DNA of 63,249 nucleotides, filler included. It is 9 parts of 9 records of this genome, joined end to end, with 100 filler letters (N's around TTAATTAATTAA, not from the genome) between each part and the next. Parts side by side here need not be neighbours in the genome. Positions count along the whole stretch, not along the records: positions 14,053 to 21,406 come from SRR31156797_14015; positions 21,507 to 27,469 come from SRR31156797_14018; positions 27,570 to 33,757 come from SRR31156797_14026; 6 more parts are not named here. One strand, written 5' to 3'. Each line of letters opens with the position of its first letter. Within the stretch, counting starts at the first letter, position 1. Both the position numbers and the translations under genes were made by a program. Below, piece by piece: positions 19,848 through 29,369 of the stretch. Below the pieces are notes generated by a model, which saw only the letters and a program-made list of their open reading frames with translations, ran no database searches and was not told the origin of the DNA.

Positions 19848-21406
19848 ATGTCGTTGAACCGCTTGAAAACCCGTGTCAGACTTGGGTTGGGGTTTGGAAC
19901 CCTGGTGATTCTTTTTGTTGTGACCATCAGCTTCTCCCTGATGGGCACCCGGTCGATTTCCAGCGCCATGAAAAAGCTTTACACCAACTCCTACGCCAAG
20001 ACCACCGCCATCCTGCAGATAGATTCCACCATGTCCAAAATACAGTTCCTGCTTTCCCAGTCTTCGGACGCGGACGAAGAGGTGCTGGCGGCAATGGTCA
20101 CGGAGATCCGGGATAAAAACGGGATGATTGATCAGCTCTTTTCCGAGGTCCGGGCCGTCTGCCAGGGGGAAGACCTGGAAAAGCTGGACAGGGGAGTGGC
20201 CCTGTTCCAGGAGTGGCAGGGGTTCCAGAAGAAGGTGCTGGACTATGCGACAGAGGGGAACATCATCGAGGCCGATGATCTGGTGTTGACGGAGGGGAAA
20301 ACGTTTGGGGATCGGCTCAACCAGTTCACCGGCGAGTTCATCGCCCTTGCCCGGACTGAGGCTTCGGACGCAATGGATGCTGCCCAGAGCGCCGAGGCAA
20401 CCATGTTCCGTGGCGTCCTGGCCCTGGCCCTGGGATCCCTGGCGGCGGGCCTTTTTATCGTCTATCTCCTGTCCAGGTCCATCCTTGTTCCGGTGGCGTC
20501 CGCCGTTGCCCATGCAAAGAGAATGGCCACGGGGGATTTTACCGAGCGGTCCGGCAGCGATGCAACAGATGAGTTCGGAGATCTTGCCCATGCCATGGAT
20601 GCAACCAGCGACAGCCTGGGGGGCATGATACAGGAGGTGAAGGGGAGCATGGAGCAGTTGATGGACGCCTCCCGGGAACTGATCGCCCTGTCCGGCACCA
20701 TGACCGACGCGGCGGCGGCAACCTCCCAGCGGTCCGAGAGTTCCAGCGCCACCATTGGAAAACTTGGCACCAATGTGGGCAAGGTGGGCATGGCCATGGA
20801 GGCCACCAGCCGGAATACCGAAACGGTTGCTTCGGCAACCGCCCAGATGTCCGCCACCATCCGTGAGATCGCGGAACAGTCTTCCACCGCCCTGTCCATC
20901 TCCTCGAGCGCAGTGGATCTGACCGCAAAGGCCTCCGGCAAGATGGCGGAACTGGAGGGGGCTGCCCGGGAGATCTCCAAGGTCACGGAGACCATCAACG
21001 ACATTTCCGAACAGACCAACCTCCTTGCCTTGAATGCCACCATCGAAGCAGCCAGGGCCGGTGAAGCGGGCAAGGGCTTTGCCGTTGTGGCCAACGAGAT
21101 CAAGGAGCTGTCAAAACAGACCGCACTGGCGACCCAGGAGATCGAATCCAGGATCAACATGAGCCGGGAGACCACCCGGGAGACGGTGGAACATATCAAG
21201 CGCATCGTCTCGGTGATCAATGAGGTGGATAATCTTATTTCGGTTACGGCGGCCTCGGTGGAAGAGCAGTCCGTTGCCACCCAGGATATCATGGATAACA
21301 TCACCACCGCCACCGAGGCCATCAGCCAGGTGGGGTCGGTGGCGGCCGATAATTCAAGCTATGTGAAGAAAATCACCCGGGAAGTGGGCGAGGTAAGGGG
21401 AGCGGC
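19848..21406 (+). CDS. Methyl-accepting chemotaxis protein (4HB sensor, HAMP), 3'-truncated
   Basis: Two TMs, HAMP (GDFT...DEFGDLA), [35 protein letters not shown] signature. Confidence 0.96.
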
Positions 21407-21506
21407 NNNNNNNNNNNNNNNNNNNNNNNNNNNNNNNNNNNNNNNNNNNNTTAATTAATTAANNNNNNNNNNNNNNNNNNNNNNNNNNNNNNNNNNNNNN
21501 NNNNNN
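21407..21506. other. Artificial contig spacer
   Basis: N44-TTAATTAATTAA-N44. Confidence 0.98.
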
Positions 21507-22117
21507 AGGGTAAGCATAAAAAACAGTCTGGTGGTCGCGGACAGTTTGGTGATTGTACTGTTGAGTTGTCACCACTTGCACGTGGTGAGCAGTTTGAATT
21601 TATAGACTCCATTGTTGGTGGTGTTATTCCGCAGACATATCGTCCCGCGGTTGAAAAAGGTATTTTAGAGGCAATGGAAAAAGGTGTTGTTGCCGGTTAT
21701 CCCTTTGTTGATGTGAAAGTTAATCTGATTGATGGTTCCTATCATAATGTGGATTCTTCGGAAATGGCGTTTAAGATTGCTGGTTCGCTTGCCTTTAAAA
21801 AGGGTGTAATGGATGCTAAGCCGGTTTTGCTTGAGCCGGTAATGGAGATGGAAGTTCAGGTGCAAAAGGACTTTGTTGGTGATGTGATGGGTGATTTGAA
21901 CAGTCGTCGCGGTAAAGTTCTGGGTATGGACTCCTCTGATAAATTTGAAATTATTAATGCCCATGTGCCGCAGTCCGAGATTTTACTGTATGCCCTGGAT
22001 TTGACCTCCATGACCGGTGGACAGGGAACTTTTACAGTTAAATTTTCGCACTATGAAGAGGTGCCGGCCAGTATTGCGGAAAAGATTATTGAAGCACATA
22101 AAAAGGCTGAAGAGTAA
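21507..22117 (+). CDS. fusA: Elongation factor G, C-terminal part (stand-alone paralogue, not followed by tuf/rpsJ)
   Basis: GKHKKQSGGRGQFG, DGSYHNVDSSEMAFKIAGS, LLEPVM, GDVMGDLNSRRG, LTSMTGGQG. Confidence 0.93.
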
Positions 22118-22119
22118 CA

Positions 22120-22635
22120 GTGAGTCATCAATTAACCCATGAGGTTTATAACTGCGGTATTCTGACGCTCAGTGATAAAGGTTCGCGCGGTGAACGCGTT
22201 GATACCAGTGGTGAGTTGCTCAAAGAAATGCTTAGTGGTGCCGGTTTTGTGGTAGCGGAGTATCTGGTTCTGCCTGATAAGCGTTTAGTGATAGAGCAAA
22301 CCCTGATCGAGTGGGTTGATACCAAGCAGCTTGATTTGATAGTGACAACGGGTGGCACAGGTGTGTCACCCTCCGATCAAACCCCTGAGGCAACCCGTAC
22401 TATCCTGGATATTGAAGTGCCTGGAATCAGTGAGGCAATGCGTGCTGCAAGTCTTCAGAAAACGATTCAAGGAGTCTGGTCTCGCGGGATTGCCGGTATA
22501 AGAAAGAAGAGCTTGATAATTAATTTACCAGGAAGCAGGAAGGCTGCAGGTGAGAACCTGGAAGCCGTGCTACCCTCCTTGGCACATGGAATTTACAAGC
22601 TGAAAGGTGGGACCGCAGACTGTGCGCAAACCTGA
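22120..22635 (+). CDS. mogA: Molybdopterin adenylyltransferase MogA/MoaB family
   Basis: LTLSDKGSRGERVDTSG, TTGGTGVSPSDQTPEAT, SRGIAGIR, INLPGS. Confidence 0.9.
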   Translation: MSHQLTHEVYNCGILTLSDKGSRGERVDTSGELLKEMLSGAGFVVAEYLVLPDKRLVIEQTLIEWVDTKQLDLIVTTGGTGVSPSDQTPEATRTILDIEVPGISEAMRAASLQKTIQGVWSRGIAGIRKKSLIINLPGSRKAAGENLEAVLPSLAHGIYKLKGGTADCAQT

Positions 22636-22735
22636 TTTAAGGCATCCGGAAAAATGGCAAATTTGTCGATTTTTGGAGTTATGCTAAAAAAATATCCTTG
22701 AAATATGGACTCTCTGTCTGTGGTAAATTTTTAGC

Positions 22736-22866
22736 ATGCCTCAGAGTCGTGGATTTCTTGACCTCGAACGTAATAGCTAATAATTCAAGGTACCCTTAAC
22801 TGCGTTGAACCACGTTGCATAAAGAAAAAGGGGTAGAGCGATGCTTACATCTCTCTACCCCTTTTT
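22736..22866 (+). ncRNA. Candidate small RNA (unassigned)
   Basis: Extended -10 TGGTAAATT (22721-22729), rod-like pairing potential at 22736-22820, then an intrinsic terminator; no long ORF. Confidence 0.35.
22825..22866. terminator. Bidirectional intrinsic terminator between mogA and purM
   Basis: AAAAAGGGGTAGAG-C-GATG-ctta-CATC-T-CTCTACCCCTTTTT. Confidence 0.85.
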
Positions 22867-22933
22867 GATATTGGTACGCTTCCCTGAATTGAAGCAAAAA
22901 TCCTTATTTATGGACAGACACTAGTTAGTTGGG

Positions 22934-23992
22934 TTATTTGGCAGGTTCTATAATGACCTGTTTCCCATCTCCCTCTTTAGCTGAAACTACTTCCCCTATC
23001 AGATAAGGCTGTTCTCCCAGCGCTGTAAGCTGGTGAATAATGTCGTCTACGTGTTCACTGGCAACAATGGCCAGCATGCCTATGCCCATGTTGAAGGTTC
23101 GGTACATTTCCTCAAGGTGGATGTTCCCTTTGTTTTGGAGAAAATCAAAAATGGGGAGCACTGGCCAGGTACCTTCTGTGATGTGTGCATCGCACCCAGC
23201 TGGAAGTATTCTTGGAATGTTGTCTATAAAGCCGCCGCCCGTGTTATGAATTAATCCGTTTATGGGGTAGCGTCGCAGGAGGTTAGTGAGGCTGTCGACA
23301 TAGATACGGGTAGGACGAAGGAGTTCTTCTCCGACAGTGCATCCCAGTTCCTCGACCGTATCATTGACATCCAAACCCAGTTCTTCAAACATGACTTTTC
23401 TTACCAGGGAATAGCCGTTTGAATGGACCCCGGATGAAGCAAGGCCGATAATTTTATCACCAACGCTCACATCGCTGCCGTCGATGATGCTGTTGCGCTC
23501 GCCAATACCTACCACGAATCCGGCCAGGTCATAATCTCCAGGTTGATAAAGTCCCGGCATTTCTGCTGTCTCTCCGCCGATGAGTGAGCAATTTGCTATC
23601 TTGCAGCCTTCTGCAATCCCTTTGACAACCTCGGTCGCGACTTCAAGATCCAGTTTACTTGCCGAGAAATAGTCAAGAAAGAAGAGCGGCCTGGCTCCGC
23701 TGACTATTACGTCATTGACGCACATTGCTACCAGGTCGATGCCGATGGTGTCGTGCTTATTGCATAACTTGGCAATATTAAGTTTGGTGCCGACGCCATC
23801 GGTTGATGCTATCAGTACAGGGTCTTTAATATCTTCGTTGCCAATGGCAAACAATCCGGAAAAGCCGCCGATGTCGCTGAGTACGCCGCGACGATGGGTG
23901 TCTTTGACGATGTCTTTTATGCGGGAAACAAAAAGATTGCCTTTGTCGATGTCTACACCAGCTTCGGCATATTTAGAGGTAGGTTGTGTCAT
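22934..23992 (-). CDS. purM: Phosphoribosylformylglycinamidine cyclo-ligase
   Basis: YAEAGVDI, STDGVGTKL, GIDLVAMCVND, GGETAEMPG, SSGVHSNGYSLVRK, EMYRTFNMGIG. Confidence 0.98.
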   Translation of the reverse strand: MTQPTSKYAEAGVDIDKGNLFVSRIKDIVKDTHRRGVLSDIGGFSGLFAIGNEDIKDPVLIASTDGVGTKLNIAKLCNKHDTIGIDLVAMCVNDVIVSGARPLFFLDYFSASKLDLEVATEVVKGIAEGCKIANCSLIGGETAEMPGLYQPGDYDLAGFVVGIGERNSIIDGSDVSVGDKIIGLASSGVHSNGYSLVRKVMFEELGLDVNDTVEELGCTVGEELLRPTRIYVDSLTNLLRRYPINGLIHNTGGGFIDNIPRILPAGCDAHITEGTWPVLPIFDFLQNKGNIHLEEMYRTFNMGIGMLAIVASEHVDDIIHQLTALGEQPYLIGEVVSAKEGDGKQVIIEPAK

Positions 23993-24252
23993 AAGAATAT
24001 AATTGAGGGCGCTCTTTCTGGTTTATCCAGGCCTAGTTATTATTTAATGACATTATAAAAACATTTTTTTAAACGTCTGTTTTTACTGAGTCATCAGGTA
24101 TGAGGTAATGGGCTGTTGATTTATTCGTCAAATACCAGGAAACAGGTTTGCTCCCTTGTTGATGTAACACTTTACGATACTTTTTTTTGCCGAGTATTGT
24201 CAATATGTTTGTGGGGATTGCAACCCTTGTTTCTTTCTGGTAATGAGTCTGT

Positions 24253-24453
24253 ATGAAATTATTGATTACATTGATAGGCCTTGTTTTTGTTTTGGAAGGG
24301 TTGCCGTACGTTCTTTCTCCAGAAGGAATGCAGCGTTGGCTAAAACAACTTTTGGAAATGAAGCCAGCCCAATTACGGGTTATGGGAGCAATCGCTATGG
24401 CAGCTGGCTTTTTTTTGTGCTTTATAGGCCAGCGGAGTGGATTGTTTCCCTGA
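24253..24453 (+). CDS. DUF2065 family small membrane protein
   Basis: IGLVFVLEGLPY..SP...LRVMG pattern, 66 aa, two TMs. Confidence 0.85.
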   Translation: MKLLITLIGLVFVLEGLPYVLSPEGMQRWLKQLLEMKPAQLRVMGAIAMAAGFFLCFIGQRSGLFP

Positions 24454-24519
24454 TACAGGAGTCAGTATTAAAAACCGGATTGGCCGATACCCTCTCTTTA
24501 TAATCTTGCCTTTTAACGA

Positions 24520-24549
24520 TTGACTTTTATCTTCATCGTTCATTAGAAT
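24520..24549 (+). promoter_or_regulatory. Putative sigma70 promoter upstream of mgtE
   Basis: TTGACT-18 nt-TAGAAT. Confidence 0.5.
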
Positions 24550-24730
24550 ACATACCTTCGGTGTCTTGCTTATTTTGCTTGGCAGCTCGCCGCCGCCACT
24601 TTCGAATGCGGCATATTTTTTGTAGAATTTGCGCTGTTTTCATCAATTGCTGATTACTTCGCCAAACCGAATTGGTCCTATGCATTGAGGGCCGTGAAAT
24701 TATTTCCTCTTTGGGCATGAGGTGCTGGTA

Positions 24731-26113
24731 ATGGAAAAAACTCCAAAAAGAGAAATGGTCGGGCTCGAAGGTAAGGTACTACGAGATACCTTACGGCGAT
24801 TATATCGTCGGGGAGCGATTGAAAATATTCGAAGGCTTATTGTGAAAACACACCCTGCAGATCTTGCCTGGGTTTTTCGCTCCCTTAATTTTACCGAACA
24901 AAAAGATATATTTGAAATTTTGGCCCAGACCGAACAGGTCGCTCATTTCCTCAGTGAGTTGGATGAGTCTATCATGCTCGATCTGGTTGATGGGTTGTCC
25001 GCCAGGTTCATGGCCAATGTTGTCACGGAAATGGCGTCAGATGATGCAGCTGACTTGTTGGAAGCCCTGCCTAATGAGGTGGCGATAGAAATTCGCACCA
25101 ATATGGAAGTGAAAGACAGGGATGAGGTCGAAGAACTGCTCAAGTATGATCCGGATACTGCTGGTGGTATCATGTCACCAGATTTTATGTATCTGGACGA
25201 AGATCTGACAGTAGAGGAAGCTATTACCAAGGTCCAGAAGCGCAGTGAGGAAAAGGAGATGGTCTTCTATCTCTATATTACCCACGGCGATGGCCAGCTT
25301 GGAGGAGTATTGTCTCTACGTGAACTTATCCTCCACCCCATGCACAGAAAGCTGAAAAACATCATGAACCCCAATGTGGTCACCGTGACCACAGATACAG
25401 ACCAGGAGGAAGTGGCGCATATTGTCTCCCAGTATAACATGCTTGCTGTTCCGGTTGTTGATGGTGCCTTTAATATGGTCGGTATTGTAACTGTAGATGA
25501 TGTTATCGACGTCTTGCGCGAAGAGGCAAACGAAGATTTTATGCAGATGGCCGGTGCCGGTAGGGATCAGGAAATTCTGCTCAAGCCTCTGCATCAAAAG
25601 ATTTTGATTCGTGCGCCTTGGCTTTTAGCCTCCTGGATGGGTGGGGTAGGCGCGATGTATATTATTAATTCCTTTGAAGATGCTCTGCTGAAGGTGCTTG
25701 CTCTGGCCGCCTTTATTCCGATTATTGCCGGTATGGGGGGCAATATTGCAACCCAGTCCAGTACGATTATTGTCCGTGGGTTGGCAACCGGCCGGGTGAA
25801 TATGCACCATTTTTTACAAATTGTAGTTAAAGAGTCCCTGGTGGGTATTGCGTTGGGGTTAGTTTTCGGGCTTCTTTTAGGAGTAATTGCCTATTTCAGT
25901 TATGCTGATCCCATGGAATTAGGGATTGTTGTTGGTGTGTCTGTATTCGCGGTTATGGCCATGTCTGCTACGGTAGGTGCTGTTGTTCCTTTGGTCTTAA
26001 AAAGGCTAAATATTGATGCCGCCGTTGCCACTGGTCCCTTTATCACAACAGCCGTGGACGTATTAGGCATCGGCCTCTACTTTATGGTTGCTAAAATGTT
26101 ATTGAATCTATAG
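24731..26113 (+). CDS. mgtE: Magnesium transporter MgtE
   Basis: HPADLA N-domain, CBS pair (TAGGIM, GIVTVDDVID), FIPIIAGMGGNIATQS, ATGPFITTAVD; ATG 24731 follows a GAGGTG SD. Confidence 0.96.
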   Translation: MEKTPKREMVGLEGKVLRDTLRRLYRRGAIENIRRLIVKTHPADLAWVFRSLNFTEQKDIFEILAQTEQVAHFLSELDESIMLDLVDGLSARFMANVVTEMASDDAADLLEALPNEVAIEIRTNMEVKDRDEVEELLKYDPDTAGGIMSPDFMYLDEDLTVEEAITKVQKRSEEKEMVFYLYITHGDGQLGGVLSLRELILHPMHRKLKNIMNPNVVTVTTDTDQEEVAHIVSQYNMLAVPVVDGAFNMVGIVTVDDVIDVLREEANEDFMQMAGAGRDQEILLKPLHQKILIRAPWLLASWMGGVGAMYIINSFEDALLKVLALAAFIPIIAGMGGNIATQSSTIIVRGLATGRVNMHHFLQIVVKESLVGIALGLVFGLLLGVIAYFSYADPMELGIVVGVSVFAVMAMSATVGAVVPLVLKRLNIDAAVATGPFITTAVDVLGIGLYFMVAKMLLNL

Positions 26114-26171
26114 CTGAACAGTTACAGATCAGGCTAAGGCGAGCTTATTTATTATTCGCTGGATAGTTATT

Positions 26172-27296
26172 ATGAAACGAACATTTTTTTTCCAGAAACC
26201 AGGGGGGGGCAAACGTACCCTTTGGTTTCTTGTGGTCGTCGGCATTTTTGCTTGGTTGGCTTTTCAAACTATTCAACCCACTTTGCTGGACCCCAAGGCC
26301 GTTCCTCGAGCTGTTGAAGCGCGGGGTGATTTAGCCCAGGACGAAAAAAATACCATCGAAATTTTTAGCAGTTCCGCGCCTTCGGTGGTGTACATTACCA
26401 GTATAGCAGTCCGGCGAAATCTTTTCAGTCTCAATGTGTATGAGATGCCCCAAGGGACTGGATCAGGGTTTGTGTGGGATAAACAAGGTCGCATTGTGAC
26501 CAATTATCATGTCATTTCCGATGCTGGTCGGATTGACGTAACCCTAGCCGATCATACAACATGGAAAGCAGTGTTGGTTGGTGCTGCACCAGACCGTGAC
26601 CTGGCGGTACTACAGATATCTGCCCCGGCAGCAAAGTTGCAGCCTCTTTCGATTGGCGACTCATCCAATCTACAGGTAGGGCAGAAGGTTTTTGCCATTG
26701 GCAATCCGTTCGGATTGGATCAAACCCTGACCACTGGTGTGGTCAGCGCGCTGGGGCGTGAAATTAAGGCTGTCACTGGCAGGACAATTCATGATGTTAT
26801 TCAAACCGATGCAGCCATTAACCCCGGCAATTCAGGGGGGCCGCTTTTAGATAGTGCTGGGCGCTTGATAGGCGTGAATACTGCCATCTACAGCCCTTCT
26901 GGAGCGAGCTCGGGTATTGGCTTTGCTGTACCGGTAGGAGAGGTGAATCGAGTCGTACCGCAGGTGATTCGTCATGGTAAGGTTATCAAACCTGGGCTTG
27001 GAGTAACCCTTGCCAACAGGCGCTTAAGCAACGAGTTAGGCCTGCAGGGAGTTCTTGTGCTTCGCGTCATGCCCGGGTCAACCGCTGAAAAGGCAGGGCT
27101 GCAGGGGACCAAGCAGGTCCGGGGCGGATTGATTCTCGGCGATGTCATTCAGTCGGTGAACGGTCGGTCGGTTGCAGATTATGAATCGCTTCGCGACGAG
27201 CTGGAACGTTATGAGGTCGGGGACTCGGTCACCCTAAGCCTGCAGCGGGATGAAGGTGGGGTTGAGGTGACTGTTACCCTGGAGGCAACGGAATAA
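26172..27296 (+). CDS. HtrA/DegP-like serine protease with one PDZ domain
   Basis: GTGSGFVWD, TNYHV, DLAVL, QTDAAINPGNSGGPLL, C-terminal PDZ. Confidence 0.95.
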   Translation: MKRTFFFQKPGGGKRTLWFLVVVGIFAWLAFQTIQPTLLDPKAVPRAVEARGDLAQDEKNTIEIFSSSAPSVVYITSIAVRRNLFSLNVYEMPQGTGSGFVWDKQGRIVTNYHVISDAGRIDVTLADHTTWKAVLVGAAPDRDLAVLQISAPAAKLQPLSIGDSSNLQVGQKVFAIGNPFGLDQTLTTGVVSALGREIKAVTGRTIHDVIQTDAAINPGNSGGPLLDSAGRLIGVNTAIYSPSGASSGIGFAVPVGEVNRVVPQVIRHGKVIKPGLGVTLANRRLSNELGLQGVLVLRVMPGSTAEKAGLQGTKQVRGGLILGDVIQSVNGRSVADYESLRDELERYEVGDSVTLSLQRDEGGVEVTVTLEATE

Positions 27297-27395
27297 TAAG
27301 AAGCCCACTCTGTTGTTTGGCAAGAGTGATAAGCTTAGTTTTTTTAATTATTTGGCAGCACCCCACGGAGTCTGCGCTTGCCTCCCACGCACGAT

Positions 27396-27438
27396 CAGGC
27401 AGGATAAAGCATAGCATTGCTATGGTTTATCCTGCCTG
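27396..27438. repeat. Long inverted repeat (REP/MITE-like) at contig end
   Basis: CAGGCAGGATAAA-G-CATAGCA-T-TGCTATG-G-TTTATCCTGCCTG; no U-tract; contig ends 31 nt later. Confidence 0.6.
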
Positions 27439-27469
27439 CTTGTACGCATCTGGAGCACTGCTGAACAGT

Positions 27470-27569
27470 NNNNNNNNNNNNNNNNNNNNNNNNNNNNNNN
27501 NNNNNNNNNNNNNTTAATTAATTAANNNNNNNNNNNNNNNNNNNNNNNNNNNNNNNNNNNNNNNNNNNN
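27470..27569. other. Artificial contig spacer
   Basis: N44-TTAATTAATTAA-N44. Confidence 0.98.
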
Positions 27570-27893
27570 CAGAATATGAACCTGCCCCTATTAGCAGAGT
27601 CTCCACCATGGTCTCATCCCAGCGTGCTGAGCTTCGGCCACGAAGTGGATATCGAAAGAGCAGCTGATTTTTTTCCAAAAGACATCATTTTCGGCAATAT
27701 CGAACCTGCTGTAATACAAACGGGCACACCTGATCAAGTTTACGAGCTATGTCGTATCGCCATCGAAAAAGGAAAAAAGGCACCGGGAGGCTTTATTCTC
27801 GGACCGGGTTGCGGCATGCCTGTCAATGCACCATCGGTCAACGTCTACGCGATGACCAAAGCAGTCCATGATTTCGGATTTTACGACCAATGA
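27570..27893 (+). CDS. UroD/MtaA-CmuA family methyltransferase, C-terminal fragment
   Basis: IFGNIEP...GTPDQV...GGFILGPGCGMP...NVYAM; similar to the downstream paralogue. Confidence 0.85.
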   Translation, partial: QNMNLPLLAESPPWSHPSVLSFGHEVDIERAADFFPKDIIFGNIEPAVIQTGTPDQVYELCRIAIEKGKKAPGGFILGPGCGMPVNAPSVNVYAMTKAVHDFGFYDQ

Positions 27894-27899
27894 AAAGGA

Positions 27900-28967
27900 A
27901 TGGTGAAAATGCAAAAGATGACCTCAAACGAGCGAATTGAAGCAGTTTTGGCAGGAAAGCCGGTGGACCGGGTACCACATTTCCCCTTCATCCTCGGATT
28001 CTGTGCGAAAAATATTGGTTTGCCGATTTCGACCATATACAGTGACGCGGAAAAAAGTTTCGATGCACAAAAGAAAACCTTTGAGCAGTACGACATCGAC
28101 TGGGGACCAGTTTACGGCTATGCCTCCTATGGCACCTGGGAATTCGGAGGTGAAGTGGAAATGCCGACCGGAGAATACCAACAGGCACCGGCACATAAGA
28201 TCTTTCCGGTCAAATCCGAATCCGACATCGACACGCTTGCCATGCCTGATGTGCAAACCGCTGGATGCCTTCCCATCGCAATGGAATTTTCCAAGCTCCA
28301 GGAAAAAAACGGTTCGCCCATTTCAGTGGTCATGGGCGGGAATTTCACCATTGCTGGGAACATCTGTGCCGTGGAAAAGATGTGCCGCTGGATGCTAAAA
28401 AAACCAGATGCCGCACATCGCATTCTCCGGCTGGCCACCGATCACATTGTTGACATCGTGTCCCATTGGGTCGACGTTTTCGGTCCGGAAAAAGTCATTC
28501 CCCAATTCTGGGAACCGTTGACATCCAACCTGATCATCTCTCCGCGCCAGTTCAAGCAGTTCATCATGCCCTACCTGGTCGAGTCATCGGAAAAGATCCT
28601 CTCCTTGGGGGTTCGTCATATCCTGTACCATATTTGCGGAGACCAGAATGCGAACCTCTCCGATTGGGCGAAGGTTCCCATGGGCGAGCCGGGACTTTGC
28701 AGCTTTGGTGAAGAGATCGATATCGACAAAGCCATCGAAATCTTAGGAAAAAAGGCCGTTATCATCGGCAATATTGACCCGGCGATTTTACTGACCTCCG
28801 AACCTGAACAGATCTATGATCGCTGCCGGGACGTCATTCAAAAGGGGAAGAAATCTCCGCGGGGGTTTATGTTCAGCTCCGGCTGCGAAGTTTCCCCGGA
28901 GACTCCCGGATACCACGTCTATACGATGAAAAAAGCACTCGACGAATTCGGAGGCTACGATGTCTGA
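27900..28967 (+). CDS. UroD/MtaA-CmuA family (methylcobalamin-dependent) methyltransferase
   Basis: MTSNERIEAVLAGKPVDRVP start, Zn-ligand motifs YHICGD and SSGCE, IGNIDP. Confidence 0.88.
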   Translation: MVKMQKMTSNERIEAVLAGKPVDRVPHFPFILGFCAKNIGLPISTIYSDAEKSFDAQKKTFEQYDIDWGPVYGYASYGTWEFGGEVEMPTGEYQQAPAHKIFPVKSESDIDTLAMPDVQTAGCLPIAMEFSKLQEKNGSPISVVMGGNFTIAGNICAVEKMCRWMLKKPDAAHRILRLATDHIVDIVSHWVDVFGPEKVIPQFWEPLTSNLIISPRQFKQFIMPYLVESSEKILSLGVRHILYHICGDQNANLSDWAKVPMGEPGLCSFGEEIDIDKAIEILGKKAVIIGNIDPAILLTSEPEQIYDRCRDVIQKGKKSPRGFMFSSGCEVSPETPGYHVYTMKKALDEFGGYDV

Positions 28968-29003
28968 ACCGCTGTGGGACCTGAACACCAAGAGGACCAA
29001 ATC

Positions 29004-29369
29004 GTGAATGTCGTGGATGTCTTCGACAAATCCTGCGGTTTTCATACACGAATCACCAGCCGGAGGGAAAATGGCGTTATGGTGAACCTGACCGTTTCCA
29101 GCGAGTGCGAAGCGGCGGTTCGTTGGGGGCAAAAGATTGAACAGGTTGACTGGCGGCAGTGCCTGGGAAGGGATTTTCAGCAATCGCACTTGTGGAAATC
29201 TGCCATGGAAACACTGCAACACCTTTCCTGCCCGCTGCCGATTGCGACCCTGCGGGCCATCGAAGCTGAAATTGGCGTGGCAAGGGCCGCAGATATTCGG
29301 ATCCGCTTTCTCGCTTTGGAAGCGGATGCCGATCAGAAGGCACAACATCAGCCTGCCGAGGACCAATGA
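29004..29369 (+). CDS. Small Cys-containing protein, DUF6951-like
   Basis: SCGFHT...SSEC...HLSCPLP..LRAIEAEIG pattern; GTG 29004 follows an AGAGG SD; overlaps the next ATG. Confidence 0.65.
   Translation: MNVVDVFDKSCGFHTRITSRRENGVMVNLTVSSECEAAVRWGQKIEQVDWRQCLGRDFQQSHLWKSAMETLQHLSCPLPIATLRAIEAEIGVARAADIRIRFLALEADADQKAQHQPAEDQ

Noticed and set aside
19752-21322. 279-aa and 286-aa minus-strand ORFs
   Set aside because: Shadows of the GC-rich MCP gene
22736-22866. 6S RNA or tmRNA assignment for the candidate sRNA
   Set aside because: Too short, lacks recognisable consensus, and lacks the usual zapA/rny or smpB context
23993-24730. ZTP riboswitch before purM and M-box riboswitch before mgtE
   Set aside because: Conserved core sequences not found by eye; an Rfam scan would be decisive
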